Of a DNA stretch of 64,000 bases, positions 1 through 9,256 are shown piece after piece. Location: positions 164,850 to 228,849 of the IMG/VR virus record IMGVR_UViG_3300034117_001294; one strand, 5' to 3'. The stretch's first letter is position 1. The number at the start of each line of letters is the position of its first letter. Position numbers and translations under genes: made by a program. The notes beneath the pieces were generated by a model. That model had not been told where the DNA came from. It was given only the letters and a program-made list of their open reading frames with translations, and did no database searches.

Positions 1-248
1 TGGGATATAAACATTCATACGATATTATCGAAGCCACTAACCAAATACGTGCTGCGGCACGTGAGTGTAGTAATCCACGCAATGACGGATTTGTTGCCTG
101 GGGTGTTAAACAAGACCTGTATCAACTGAAATGGCAGTTGGACAAATTATTAAAAGAATGTCCAACATTTAGTCCGGAAGAGGAATGGTTACATGAGCAA
201 GAGCAAAAACGGATCATTAACATCCTTAGCACAGATAAACCTGTATAA
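1..248 (+). CDS. hypothetical phage protein, 5' end at window edge
   Basis: Frame starting at base 3 is open: (M)GYKHSYDIIEATNQIRAAARECSNPRNDGF...STDKPV, TAA at 246-248; not in the ORF track. Confidence 0.6.
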   Translation, partial: GYKHSYDIIEATNQIRAAARECSNPRNDGFVAWGVKQDLYQLKWQLDKLLKECPTFSPEEEWLHEQEQKRIINILSTDKPV

Positions 249-510
249 AGAATTTACAGATGAACTGCAAAAAGACCCTGCACGGTTAAAAACATTTTTG
301 CGTAAAATTATGGGGCTGCCTCATATTACGTTGGAAGGTAAAGAAAAGGACAATGTTTTATTGTTGTTAGCATTAATGGAGCCGTTCAAGGCTACTAACA
401 ATCAGCACAGTTTTACAGAGTACTATATAATTGGTGAGACAGAATATCATGTTACTACCTTCCCTGGAGAAGATGTAATTGTTGACAAAATGTTAAAGGA
501 AGAAGAATGA
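193..510 (+). CDS. hypothetical protein (true start may be downstream of 193)
   Basis: ORF track; stop overlaps next ATG (ATGA). Confidence 0.6.
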   Translation: MSKSKNGSLTSLAQINLYKEFTDELQKDPARLKTFLRKIMGLPHITLEGKEKDNVLLLLALMEPFKATNNQHSFTEYYIIGETEYHVTTFPGEDVIVDKMLKEEE

Positions 511-659
511 AGTGTAATTTTTGTAGGAAAGAAATCGCACCAGATTGCGACTATAATCAGGGCCGCTGCCCCTATCGTGAGCCTATGCTGACAAATTATC
601 ATTTTAGATTTTACAATCTAATACAAACTATTAAAGGATTTTTCAAACGTGGAAATTGA
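507..659 (+). CDS. small Cys-rich hypothetical protein (50 aa, MKCNFCRKEIAPDCDYNQGRCP...)
   Basis: Read by hand; ATGA overlap with upstream stop, fills the gap; CxxC plus two further Cys. Confidence 0.55.
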   Translation: MKCNFCRKEIAPDCDYNQGRCPYREPMLTNYHFRFYNLIQTIKGFFKRGN

Positions 660-822
660 AGTACAACCAAAAGATACTAGCAAGGGACATTTTTATGTCA
701 GCATTTGTAAGAGTGCAGTACGTATTGCCGCAGGTGCAGCCCTTATTATGGGGTCATTAGTTGTGTGCGGTGCTTTGCTTATTCTAGCAGAAATTCTAGG
801 CATTGTTGAGGAAGTGGTATGA
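649..822 (+). CDS. small membrane protein (57 aa, GTG start)
   Basis: Read by hand: MEIEVQPKDTSKGHFYVS...AALIMGSLVVCGALLILAEILGIVEEVV; hydrophobic; TGA overlaps ATG of 819. Confidence 0.6.
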   Translation: MEIEVQPKDTSKGHFYVSICKSAVRIAAGAALIMGSLVVCGALLILAEILGIVEEVV

Positions 823-1277
823 TCTTCAACAAAATACAAGAACTTAAAAAGCAAGGAATGAAGATTGGCATTACCTTTAGCCAATTTGATATGTTACATG
901 CAGGACACATTGCCATGTTAAGTGAGGCCCGCAACCATTGCGATTACCTGATTGCAGGTTTGCAAAACAATGCCAAGTGGGATCGTCCAGAAAAGAATGA
1001 GCCCATTCAAAGTATTGTAGAACGACAAATACAATTGGCTGCAACTCGGTACGTGGACGAAATTGTGGTGTATAATACTGAAAAAGACCTTGAAGATCTC
1101 TTGCTCATTTTGCCAATTGATGTTAGAATATTAGGTATAGAGTACGAAAAGAAGGAATTTACTGGTAAAGCTATTTGCTTACAAAGAGGCATTAACTTAG
1201 TTTTTAACGGTAGAGATCACAGTTTTAGTTCATCCAGCCTACGCAAACGTGTGGCAGAAGCAGAAAGTAAAAAATGA
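819..1277 (+). CDS. cytidylyltransferase (TagD/glycerol-3-phosphate cytidylyltransferase-like, HIGH superfamily)
   Basis: FDMLHAGH motif, YLIAGL, ER..Q, VDEIVVY, SSSSLRKR. Confidence 0.85.
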   Translation: MIFNKIQELKKQGMKIGITFSQFDMLHAGHIAMLSEARNHCDYLIAGLQNNAKWDRPEKNEPIQSIVERQIQLAATRYVDEIVVYNTEKDLEDLLLILPIDVRILGIEYEKKEFTGKAICLQRGINLVFNGRDHSFSSSSLRKRVAEAESKK

Positions 1278-2122
1278 AGATCCAATTAGCGTCAGATTTA
1301 CATCTAGAGTTTCATGATTTGAATCTCCAAAACCAAAACGGTGCAGATGTACTGGTGCTGTCTGGCGACATTTGCACAGCACAGGATCTTCATGATCATC
1401 CTGCGGCTCAGTTTGATCCGTGGAGCCCCGGAGCATTAGAAGACCTTAAACGTCAAGCAGGTAAAGCACAAAGATTCCGAGACTTCTTCAAGCGTGTTAG
1501 TTTTCAATTCTCTCATGTTATCTACGTGATGGGTAATCACGAACACTATCATGGTAAGTTTGATCGTAGTGCAACCTATTTGAGGGACGAATTCACTAGT
1601 ATGGGTTTGGACAATGTTCATCTGTTAGACAACAACACTAAAGAAATTGACGGAGTTCATTTCATTGGGGGAACCTTGTGGACTGACATGAACAATCATG
1701 ATGCACTTACTTTGTATCATATTGAGAATATGATGAACGACTTCCGAATTATTCGCATTGCTAACGAAAACTTTAAAAAGTTCTTGCCCAAGCGAGCAGT
1801 AGTTGAACATATTAAGACCAAGCAATACCTTCAAACAGTTATACAAGGACTACCTCAAGATGCTAAAGTAGTTGTATGTACACATCATGCACCTACTTTC
1901 CTCAGTATCGGAGAGCAGTACAAAGATGACACATTGATGAACGGTGGTTATGCAAGTAATCTGAGTGAGTTTATATTAGATCATCCTAGAATCAAAGTAT
2001 GGACACACGGCCACATGCATCAGAAGTTTGACTATATGGTAGGGGACACTAGAGTTGTATGCAACCCTAGAGGTTATCCTGGCGAAATAGAATTTGATGA
2101 TAACTTTATTTTTGAGGTGTAA
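1274..2122 (+). CDS. calcineurin-like metallophosphoesterase
   Basis: SDLH, LSGD, GNHEHY, THHAP, HGHMH motifs. Confidence 0.9.
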   Translation: MKIQLASDLHLEFHDLNLQNQNGADVLVLSGDICTAQDLHDHPAAQFDPWSPGALEDLKRQAGKAQRFRDFFKRVSFQFSHVIYVMGNHEHYHGKFDRSATYLRDEFTSMGLDNVHLLDNNTKEIDGVHFIGGTLWTDMNNHDALTLYHIENMMNDFRIIRIANENFKKFLPKRAVVEHIKTKQYLQTVIQGLPQDAKVVVCTHHAPTFLSIGEQYKDDTLMNGGYASNLSEFILDHPRIKVWTHGHMHQKFDYMVGDTRVVCNPRGYPGEIEFDDNFIFEV

Positions 2123-2123
2123 A

Positions 2124-2585
2124 ATGGGTGATGAAGAACTAGAACCTTATGAGGTGTTTGCTGAACAAATGGAAACTCGCTTTCCAAAAATGTTCGAAGA
2201 AGGATACGGTGGATTTGCCTGCGGTGAAGGCTGGTGGCCTATTCTTGAAGCATTGTGTGTTAATATTCAGGGCCATATTGATTGGAAGAATAAGACTCGT
2301 GCTCAATTATTAGAAGACAATCCGTATAATCACGATATTCCAGACGAAGTAGAACAAGTTGTAGTTCGTCAAATTAAAGAAAAATTTGGCGGACTACGTT
2401 TCTACTACGATGGTGGTGACGACGAAATTAGCGGAATGGTTAGAATGGCAGAAAGCTGGGCACAAAGATCTTGCGAAGATTGCGGTTCACCTGCTACTAA
2501 ACAGACATCGGGTTGGATTAAGAATGTATGTGATAAACATTTTGAAGAATACGAAGCTAAACGTAAAGCAAGGTTTGCAGAATGA
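2124..2585 (+). CDS. hypothetical phage protein with C-terminal CxxC...C zinc motif
   Basis: GAGG RBS before ATG 2124; GEGWWP, QIKEKFGGLRFY, CEDCG. Confidence 0.75.
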   Translation: MGDEELEPYEVFAEQMETRFPKMFEEGYGGFACGEGWWPILEALCVNIQGHIDWKNKTRAQLLEDNPYNHDIPDEVEQVVVRQIKEKFGGLRFYYDGGDDEISGMVRMAESWAQRSCEDCGSPATKQTSGWIKNVCDKHFEEYEAKRKARFAE

Positions 2586-2734
2586 AATTACTCTGTGACG
2601 ACTATAAAGAAATATATGTTTGGGTTGACGACCTAAATGAAGACTTAGAATTGAGCCCGCATTTTGACTACGAAGAAGACGCAGTTAGGTGGCGGGATAG
2701 AATGAAGCAAGAACTACTGAGAGAAAAGAAATGA
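2582..2734 (+). CDS. small acidic hypothetical protein (50 aa)
   Basis: Read by hand: MKLLCDDYKEIYVWVDD...LREKK; ATGA overlaps at both ends. Confidence 0.6.
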   Translation: MKLLCDDYKEIYVWVDDLNEDLELSPHFDYEEDAVRWRDRMKQELLREKK

Positions 2735-3156
2735 AAATCGGATTAAGTTACAGCCGGTGTGTCCTGGACATTGTAGAAGGTCGAGTTGGCATAGAAGATG
2801 TACTAGTTTTAATTACTCGTACAAATTTTGATCCACGTGATGACGAACAATGGGCAGGAATTTGGTCTGGATATTGCTATGGCGGGCTGAGCAATCCCGA
2901 ATGGAGTGATTACGATTTTCATAGTAAAGATGACGAGGACAAATTCCGTAGCGTCAGCATTATGCTTTACGCAGATGGCAAGATGCATCAACCTCGACAG
3001 TTTGGAGCTCATCCCCGCCGCCGTCCTGAAATTTGGCTAGAAGCAGTCTTGCCAAGTAGTGAACTGGAAACAAATCCAGCCGCTAAGAAAGCGTGGGATA
3101 ACTTCCAAGTTATTGCCGGACTTACCAACACTACCTTAGATAAGGAATATCAATAA
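2731..3156 (+). CDS. hypothetical phage protein
   Basis: ORF track, translationally coupled to neighbours. Confidence 0.75.
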   Translation: MKIGLSYSRCVLDIVEGRVGIEDVLVLITRTNFDPRDDEQWAGIWSGYCYGGLSNPEWSDYDFHSKDDEDKFRSVSIMLYADGKMHQPRQFGAHPRRRPEIWLEAVLPSSELETNPAAKKAWDNFQVIAGLTNTTLDKEYQ

Positions 3157-3578
3157 TGAACTACGGTGCAGCAATAGCGTCGGCAAAATACGCAGAAGAA
3201 ACAGATGTAGAGTACAGAATCGAATCTGCACTACAAAAAAAGAAAGTTAAAAAGCCAGGATTCTTTTCTCGATGGCTCATGAAGAAGTTGGTAGAAGGTG
3301 CCGATTTTGAAAAGCGTCAGAATCAAGAACGTGAATCAGCACAGAAAATAAGTCGATTATCTGGTTCTTTAATTAGTGTAGGCCCTCCAAATATTGATCA
3401 GCCAGAACGTGCAATTCAATTCACTGTGTATAATGCTAATGGTGGTAGAGTTATTGAGACACGCCGCTATGACAAGAAGACAGACCGCAATACAAACGGT
3501 TTGTACGTCATTAACAACGATGCAGATTTTGGTAAAGAGATTGATAAGATTATTACTATGGAACATTTAAAATCATGA
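3156..3578 (+). CDS. hypothetical phage protein
   Basis: ORF track, TAATG coupling. Confidence 0.75.
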   Translation: MNYGAAIASAKYAEETDVEYRIESALQKKKVKKPGFFSRWLMKKLVEGADFEKRQNQERESAQKISRLSGSLISVGPPNIDQPERAIQFTVYNANGGRVIETRRYDKKTDRNTNGLYVINNDADFGKEIDKIITMEHLKS

Positions 3579-4498
3579 GCAAAGAACTCTGGGTAGAAAA
3601 ATACAGACCAAAGACAGTTGACGGCTATGTGTTCAAAGATGCACAGCAACGCAGGCAGGTCAATACATGGATTAAGGACAAGAGTATCCCTCATCTGTTG
3701 CTCAGTGGTACTGCCGGAATCGGCAAGACTACTATGGCTAAATTATTAATTAACGAGTTAGGCATTGAAGAATTTGATGTGTTGGAAATCAACGCCAGTC
3801 GTACTAACTCAGTTGAAGATGTTCGAGACAAAATCACAAACTTTGTTTCAATGATTCCTTTTGGACCTTTTAAAGTTGTACTACTTGATGAAGCAGATTA
3901 TCTTACACCTAATGCACAAGCTGCCCTCCGCGGAGTTATGGAGCAGTTTGCTTCGACCGCTCGTTTCATACTTACTTGCAATTATCCTGCTCGTATTATC
4001 CCTGCTATCCACAGTAGATGTCAAGGATTCCACATCGACAGAGTCGATCAAACCGAGTTCACCGGACGAGTTGCGGTCATCCTGGTAGAAGAGAATATTG
4101 AATTTGAATTAGACGATCTTGATACTTTCGTCAAAGCAACATACCCGGACTTGCGTAAATGTATTAATACCGTACAACAACATGTGCAGGGCGGACAATT
4201 AGTTAAGCCAACGTCAGAAACTTCCACTACATCAGATTGGAAGATTGATATGGTTGATCTCTTTAAAAAGAAAAAGTTTAAAGAAGCAAGAACACTAGTA
4301 TGTAGTAAAGCTAGACCTGAGGAGATTGATGAAATCTTTAGATGGCTATATGATAACCTAGACTTGTTCAGCACTGACGAAGATACTAAGGATGCTGCTA
4401 TCCTTATTATCAAACAAGGACTAGTTGACCACACTATTATTGCAGATCCAGAAATTAATCTGGCAGCAACTATAATTAAATTAGCTAGAATACAATAA
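3575..4498 (+). CDS. clamp loader AAA+ subunit (T4 gp44 / RFC-like)
   Basis: LWVEKYRP, Walker A GTAGIGKTT, EINAS, Walker B LLDEAD, SRC motif. Confidence 0.93.
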   Translation: MSKELWVEKYRPKTVDGYVFKDAQQRRQVNTWIKDKSIPHLLLSGTAGIGKTTMAKLLINELGIEEFDVLEINASRTNSVEDVRDKITNFVSMIPFGPFKVVLLDEADYLTPNAQAALRGVMEQFASTARFILTCNYPARIIPAIHSRCQGFHIDRVDQTEFTGRVAVILVEENIEFELDDLDTFVKATYPDLRKCINTVQQHVQGGQLVKPTSETSTTSDWKIDMVDLFKKKKFKEARTLVCSKARPEEIDEIFRWLYDNLDLFSTDEDTKDAAILIIKQGLVDHTIIADPEINLAATIIKLARIQ

Positions 4499-4502
4499 AA
4501 AA

Positions 4503-4545
4503 ATCAGGTAGTGTGCAGGCCGGATAAACGGTTACACTACCTGAT
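4503..4545. terminator. inverted repeat between convergent clamp loader and phoH genes
   Basis: ATCAGGTAGTGT (4503-4514) / ACACTACCTGAT (4534-4545), perfect 12-bp arms. Confidence 0.55.
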
Positions 4546-4575
4546 CGTACGATTTATGTTTAGCGAATGTGGTGT

Positions 4576-5316
4576 TTATTCGTTATCTGATTCCTTATAG
4601 ATCTTTAATACTTCTCGAACTACAGGGTGACGTTCAACGTCTTTTGTTTCAAACCTTGCCATCGCAATCATACGATACTCACCTCCTTGGGCGTATAAAC
4701 TGCAAAATTCTAGCAAGCCGTTCTCTCTAGGACGGTCCGCTTGATTCAAATCTCCTGTGACTACCATGCGACTGCCGTCGCCTAATCTAGTTAATAACAT
4801 TTTCATCTGTGACGGTGTGGCGTTTTGCATTTCGTCAGCAATGACAAAGGCGTTCTTAAAGGTTCTGCCTCGCATATAAGCTAACGGCGATATTTCAATC
4901 GCTCCATCCTCTAGCATTTCTGCTATTTCTTTTGGATGGTAATACTCTTCAAATACATCGAAAATGGGCCTTGTCCAAGGTGCCATCTTAGCATTCAAAT
5001 CACCCGGTAAAAAACCGTGTTCCTCATCTACGCTAACCGCAGGTCTGGTTACAATGATCTTACTGATTGCACCCTCTTTAAACAACTTAATGGCCATTTG
5101 AACGGCTAGCATAGTTTTACCCGTGCCGGCTGGACCAATAGCAAAAACAATGTATTTTCGAGGATTTTTCAGCAGTTCTAAGTATGTTTCCTGCGAAAGA
5201 TTTCGCGGAACTATATTGACCTGTGTTTTTTTACGCAGATATTGATTCATTTGAATCAGATTTTGACCTTGTTCGGGACGAGCCATTACTCTTTCCTTAC
5301 GTTTTGCTCTAGACAA
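4576..5316 (-). CDS. phoH: PhoH-like ATPase
   Basis: GPAGTGKT, VTRPAV, GFLPG, LAYMRGRT, DEMQN, GDLNQAD, RHP motifs. Confidence 0.93.
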   Translation of the reverse strand: MSRAKRKERVMARPEQGQNLIQMNQYLRKKTQVNIVPRNLSQETYLELLKNPRKYIVFAIGPAGTGKTMLAVQMAIKLFKEGAISKIIVTRPAVSVDEEHGFLPGDLNAKMAPWTRPIFDVFEEYYHPKEIAEMLEDGAIEISPLAYMRGRTFKNAFVIADEMQNATPSQMKMLLTRLGDGSRMVVTGDLNQADRPRENGLLEFCSLYAQGGEYRMIAMARFETKDVERHPVVREVLKIYKESDNE

Positions 5317-5348
5317 ATTATGCCTCCTTTGTGAGCGACCTGCATAGA

Positions 5349-5354
5349 TATTTA
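5349..5354 (-). promoter_or_regulatory. putative T4-like late promoter core TAAATA for phoH
   Basis: TATTTA on plus strand about 33 nt upstream of phoH start. Confidence 0.4.
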
Positions 5355-5399
5355 CTCAAGAGTATAAAAAAGCTAATCAAATAGGGTTCTTTCGAATCG

Positions 5400-5407
5400 T
5401 ATAAATA
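5400..5407 (+). promoter_or_regulatory. T4-type late promoter TATAAATA
   Basis: Exact T4 late consensus, 17 nt before ATG 5425. Confidence 0.65.
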
Positions 5408-5424
5408 TTACAAAGAGAACCCCT

Positions 5425-5985
5425 ATGCACGATATTGTAGATATTATTAAAAACGTACAGACTCTAAGCTCTAACGACACTGCATTTCAAATCCTAAAAG
5501 ATTTTGAACGTGTAATCGACGAGTTAGATATCTATGTGTTTAAAAACTGGGAAGACGGTGAACTTATCGAAGGTCCTACTGTAAACAGGTATTCAGTTAC
5601 CTGCAAGTTTATGTGGCCTCGTGAAGAGATGCCTGATCCTAGTGGCGGCGAAAGATTGTTAGACTATGGTTGCAAAATCACTTATCAGAAAGACAATCTA
5701 CTCGTTCCTAGAAAAGTATATAGTCCAGATGATTTTAGACCTAATACTAAAAAAGGAAAACTAGATGCACATCCTGTTTGGATTGTGACTATCACTATTC
5801 CTAAAAAATTAATGCAGGATATCTTCCAAGGATACGAAGATCGAGAGAATAGTGCGTTGGCAGATTCACTAAAATACGAACAGTTACAGCAGGCAAATCA
5901 ATCAGCTGTTGCTGGAGGTGGAGAAGAAGCCGCAGCAGGCGGCCAAGTTGCAGGAGGAGCACCTAATGAAGCACCAGTTGTTTGA
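5425..5985 (+). CDS. conserved hypothetical phage protein (late gene)
   Basis: 186-aa ORF after late promoter. Confidence 0.8.
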   Translation: MHDIVDIIKNVQTLSSNDTAFQILKDFERVIDELDIYVFKNWEDGELIEGPTVNRYSVTCKFMWPREEMPDPSGGERLLDYGCKITYQKDNLLVPRKVYSPDDFRPNTKKGKLDAHPVWIVTITIPKKLMQDIFQGYEDRENSALADSLKYEQLQQANQSAVAGGGEEAAAGGQVAGGAPNEAPVV

Positions 5986-6712
5986 AGGTCTTAGGAGAGG
6001 TGATCTGCAAGGATTTGTAGATACAACTTTTACTATTGATCAATATACTAGCAAGATGGGGCAAGACTCCGATGTACTAGTCTTAGGATTTAAAGTTAAC
6101 GATAAGCATCCTGCTATCGATTTGATGGAGTTTATTGAAAAGGGCTATCCTTTTGTACTCGATGCTGACATGAGCAGCGGAGAAGAGAGAGATGGCAAAT
6201 ATCAAGTGTTTGTAGAAATACAAAGAACTAAACATTTGCCTGGACAAATTAGAGATTTGTTAAGTGGCGTTGGTCAACTGGTCGACAGTGTTGATTGGAG
6301 ATACCGATACCATAAAGGCGGAAAAAGCAGAGCGTTTAGCGAACAGGCAATCCAAGAAGACATTCCGTTGTCTGAAGAAGATTACAAAAATAAAATGCTA
6401 GAAATTAAAGGAGACGCTATTAAAGAATTCTTTGATAGAACTCCGTTTGATTCTGTAAAAATTGACGAGAATCACAGCGTTACTATTTCTAAGCCATTTT
6501 CAGGATCTGTTAATTTAGAACTATTAGCAATGGGGCCGTATCAAGAAATACAAGACAGCTTACAAGGTGCTATTCAGTTAGACGAAGCTAGCCAAAGTCA
6601 GGTTAATTTTTTAGAAAAATATTTAGGTCCTTACGAAATACATAAAATTAATGATAAATTTTTAGTTCGTAATGGAGATACAGCGTTAGTTTTTAAAAAG
6701 GAACGATGGTAA
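5966..6712 (+). CDS. hypothetical phage protein
   Basis: GGAGG RBS before ATG 5966 (MKHQLFEG...). Confidence 0.8.
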   Translation: MKHQLFEGLRRGDLQGFVDTTFTIDQYTSKMGQDSDVLVLGFKVNDKHPAIDLMEFIEKGYPFVLDADMSSGEERDGKYQVFVEIQRTKHLPGQIRDLLSGVGQLVDSVDWRYRYHKGGKSRAFSEQAIQEDIPLSEEDYKNKMLEIKGDAIKEFFDRTPFDSVKIDENHSVTISKPFSGSVNLELLAMGPYQEIQDSLQGAIQLDEASQSQVNFLEKYLGPYEIHKINDKFLVRNGDTALVFKKERW

Positions 6713-6761
6713 TGGATCAAGAAGAATGCCCTAAATGCGGCGGAAAACATAAGAGGTAATA

Positions 6762-7391
6762 ATGAGCTTTACATTTGATTTTAAAAAAGAACATCTAGAA
6801 GAAATGATTCACGGCAATCCGTATGTGGATCAATGGTATGATGCATTATATGCAATTTTGCCAGAATACCAGATCAACACACCAGAACGTGTAGCAGCAT
6901 TTGTTGCTCAATGTGCTCACGAAAGTGGCGGCTTTAGAGCACTTAAAGAAAACTTAAACTACCGTGCAGTGACATTAAGGAAAGTATTTCCTAAATATTT
7001 CACAAGTGATGAAATGGCCGCACAATACGCTAACAAGCAAGAAGCAATTGCTAACAGAGTTTATGCGAATCGTATGGGCAACGGTAGCGAAGCAAGCGGA
7101 GACGGATTCCGTTATTGTGGTCGTGGATTAATTCAGTTAACTGGTAAAGAAAACTATTCTTGGTTTGCTGCTAGTTTAGAAATGTCTGTCGAAGAGGTTC
7201 CTGAATACTTGGCAACATTTGAAGGTGCTGTACAATCAGCGTGTTGGTTCTGGGAAAGCACTGGATTGAATAAAGAAGCAGATGCTGGCGATATTAAAAC
7301 AATGACCAAAAAAATCAACGGCGGTTTTATTGGTTTAGAAGATCGTATTAAGCATTACAATCACGCATTGCATGTTCTAGGAGCACACTAA
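6762..7391 (+). CDS. glycoside hydrolase family 19 (chitinase-like) endolysin
   Basis: AAFVAQCAHESGGF, ENLNY, IANRVYANRMGNG, GRGLIQLTGKENY, INGG..GLEDR. Confidence 0.92.
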   Translation: MSFTFDFKKEHLEEMIHGNPYVDQWYDALYAILPEYQINTPERVAAFVAQCAHESGGFRALKENLNYRAVTLRKVFPKYFTSDEMAAQYANKQEAIANRVYANRMGNGSEASGDGFRYCGRGLIQLTGKENYSWFAASLEMSVEEVPEYLATFEGAVQSACWFWESTGLNKEADAGDIKTMTKKINGGFIGLEDRIKHYNHALHVLGAH

Positions 7392-7392
7392 A

Positions 7393-7872
7393 ATGTGGCA
7401 ATTAACTTGGATGCTAGGTCTATTACCTGATTGGTTTTGGGCATTAGTATTAATAGCAGGAGTGCTGGCGGTGCTAGCATCATTTGTTCTCAAGTTCATT
7501 CCTTTTGTTTCTACATACCGCTTGCCTTTACAGGTTGGCGGTATTTTAGCTTTGTTAGTGGGAGTTTACTTTCAAGGAGTAATTGCCAATGAAGCAAAGT
7601 GGGAAGCACGAGTAAAAGAATTAGAAGCTAAGTTAGTAATAGCCGAACAAGAAAGCAAACAGACAAATACTGTTATACAAGAAAAGATTGTAAAACAAAA
7701 AGAATTTGTCAAAGGCAAAACTGAATATATTACAAGATATATTGATAAAGAAATTATCAAGAAAGAAGAAATTGTCAAATATATCGAAACTTGTCCAGTT
7801 CCAAAAGAAATTATTGAGCTACATAATGCTGCTACTGAAATGAACAAAGCCGCAGAAGGAGCAAAGAAATGA
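7393..7872 (+). CDS. putative inner-membrane spanin (Rz-like)
   Basis: N-terminal TM helices then coiled coil with C-terminal Cys; follows endolysin. Confidence 0.7.
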   Translation: MWQLTWMLGLLPDWFWALVLIAGVLAVLASFVLKFIPFVSTYRLPLQVGGILALLVGVYFQGVIANEAKWEARVKELEAKLVIAEQESKQTNTVIQEKIVKQKEFVKGKTEYITRYIDKEIIKKEEIVKYIETCPVPKEIIELHNAATEMNKAAEGAKK

Positions 7873-8138
7873 AATACAGTATTTTAGCACTTGTATTTTT
7901 TCTAGCAGCGTGTTCTACTGCGGTACCCGTAAAACAAAAATGGCCCGAGGCACCTAAAGAACTTTTAGACAAGTGCCAGGCTTTGCAAAAAGCAGACCCT
8001 TCAAAGCCTGCTATAACAGATTTGCTAAAAACTGTAGTAGAAAATTACGGACTGTATTATCAATGCAGTTTGAAGGTAGAAGGTTGGAATGAATGGTACA
8101 CTGAGCAAAAACGAATATTTGATAATTCAAATAAATAA
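7869..8138 (+). CDS. putative outer-membrane lipoprotein spanin (Rz1-like)
   Basis: Signal peptide with lipobox LAA-C, Pro-rich segment, two further Cys; overlaps Rz-like gene. Confidence 0.75.
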   Translation: MKYSILALVFFLAACSTAVPVKQKWPEAPKELLDKCQALQKADPSKPAITDLLKTVVENYGLYYQCSLKVEGWNEWYTEQKRIFDNSNK

Positions 8139-8165
8139 TTAACACTACACTTATTAGGAGCGACA

Positions 8166-8702
8166 ATGTCAGAAGTGAAACCACTATCACGTTCAGAGCG
8201 TGAAGCAAAGATTAAAGACAAAGCAGGATGGGTCATTACCGTCATTGCTCTGTTACTAGCAGGCAACACATATGTTGCTAGCGGATTTAGTAGCAAAATT
8301 TTAGGTAATACTATTAAAGCTAACGATACTTGGAACTTTTATCAGGCAAAAAGTATCAAGCAAAGTATTGCAGAAGGTCAATTAGAAGCTACTAATGATA
8401 CCCAACGTAAGGCCACACTACAGGCTAAAATTGATCGATACGAAAGTGATCCTAAGTCAGGTGAAGGAAAGAAAGAACTGATGGCCAAAGCTATCAGCAT
8501 CGAAGCAGAACGAGATCAGGCTAAACAACATACACCGTGGCTAACATTTGCTGGCATGGCTTTCCAACTAGGAATCGTGTTGTTAAGTGCAAGTATTCTA
8601 GCTGTCAGTATGCCCATGTTTTGGGGCAGTATTGCAGTAGGTGCATTTGGTTCTCTACTACTAAGTCAGGGCCTGTGGCTGTGGCTACCACTATCACTAT
8701 AA
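8166..8702 (+). CDS. DUF4337-like membrane protein
   Basis: TM helix, ANDTWNFYQAKSIKQ motif, two C-terminal TM helices; preceded by TAAATA (8132) and GGAG. Confidence 0.7.
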   Translation: MSEVKPLSRSEREAKIKDKAGWVITVIALLLAGNTYVASGFSSKILGNTIKANDTWNFYQAKSIKQSIAEGQLEATNDTQRKATLQAKIDRYESDPKSGEGKKELMAKAISIEAERDQAKQHTPWLTFAGMAFQLGIVLLSASILAVSMPMFWGSIAVGAFGSLLLSQGLWLWLPLSL

Positions 8703-8711
8703 GGGGCGATC

Positions 8712-9245
8712 ATGACAGAAGAAGTTAAACAAAGCGAAAGCGAAAAGAAAAAAGAAGATTGGATGAACAGTAAGTGGCGTCCAATGATGGGATGGATGTA
8801 TATGGTTGTCTGTACTATGGACATGGTTATATTTCCAATTCTGTGGAGTTTATTACAAACTACAACAGGCACACAAATCACACAATGGAATCCGTTAACC
8901 CTGCAAGGTGCTGGATTATTCCATATTGCAATGGGTGCTGTTTTAGGTATTGCGGCATTTGGTCGAACTCAGGAGAAATTAAATGGAGCAAACAATGGAG
9001 GCATCTCCGTACCATCAACTAACGGTCCAGCATTTGGCTCGCCGTCAGCAGGAGGCTTCGGCACACCCAGTAGCTTTGGTTCACCAGCAGCAACACCGAG
9101 TTTCGGAGCACCGGCAGCAGGCCCAAGTTTTGGAGCACCAGCAGCAAGGTCACCAGTAACTCAACCATCGTTTACTCCTAGCTCAACATTTGTTTCAAGC
9201 AGCGGTAAGCCGGGTCCTATGCAGGGCCCAGATCCAGAACTATAA
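8712..9245 (+). CDS. putative holin (GTA 3TM holin-like) with Pro/Ser/Gly-rich tail
   Basis: KWRPMMGWMY, TM segments, LGIAAFGRTQEK; located in lysis cassette. Confidence 0.7.
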   Translation: MTEEVKQSESEKKKEDWMNSKWRPMMGWMYMVVCTMDMVIFPILWSLLQTTTGTQITQWNPLTLQGAGLFHIAMGAVLGIAAFGRTQEKLNGANNGGISVPSTNGPAFGSPSAGGFGTPSSFGSPAATPSFGAPAAGPSFGAPAARSPVTQPSFTPSSTFVSSSGKPGPMQGPDPEL

Positions 9246-9256
9246 AAGGAAAAACT

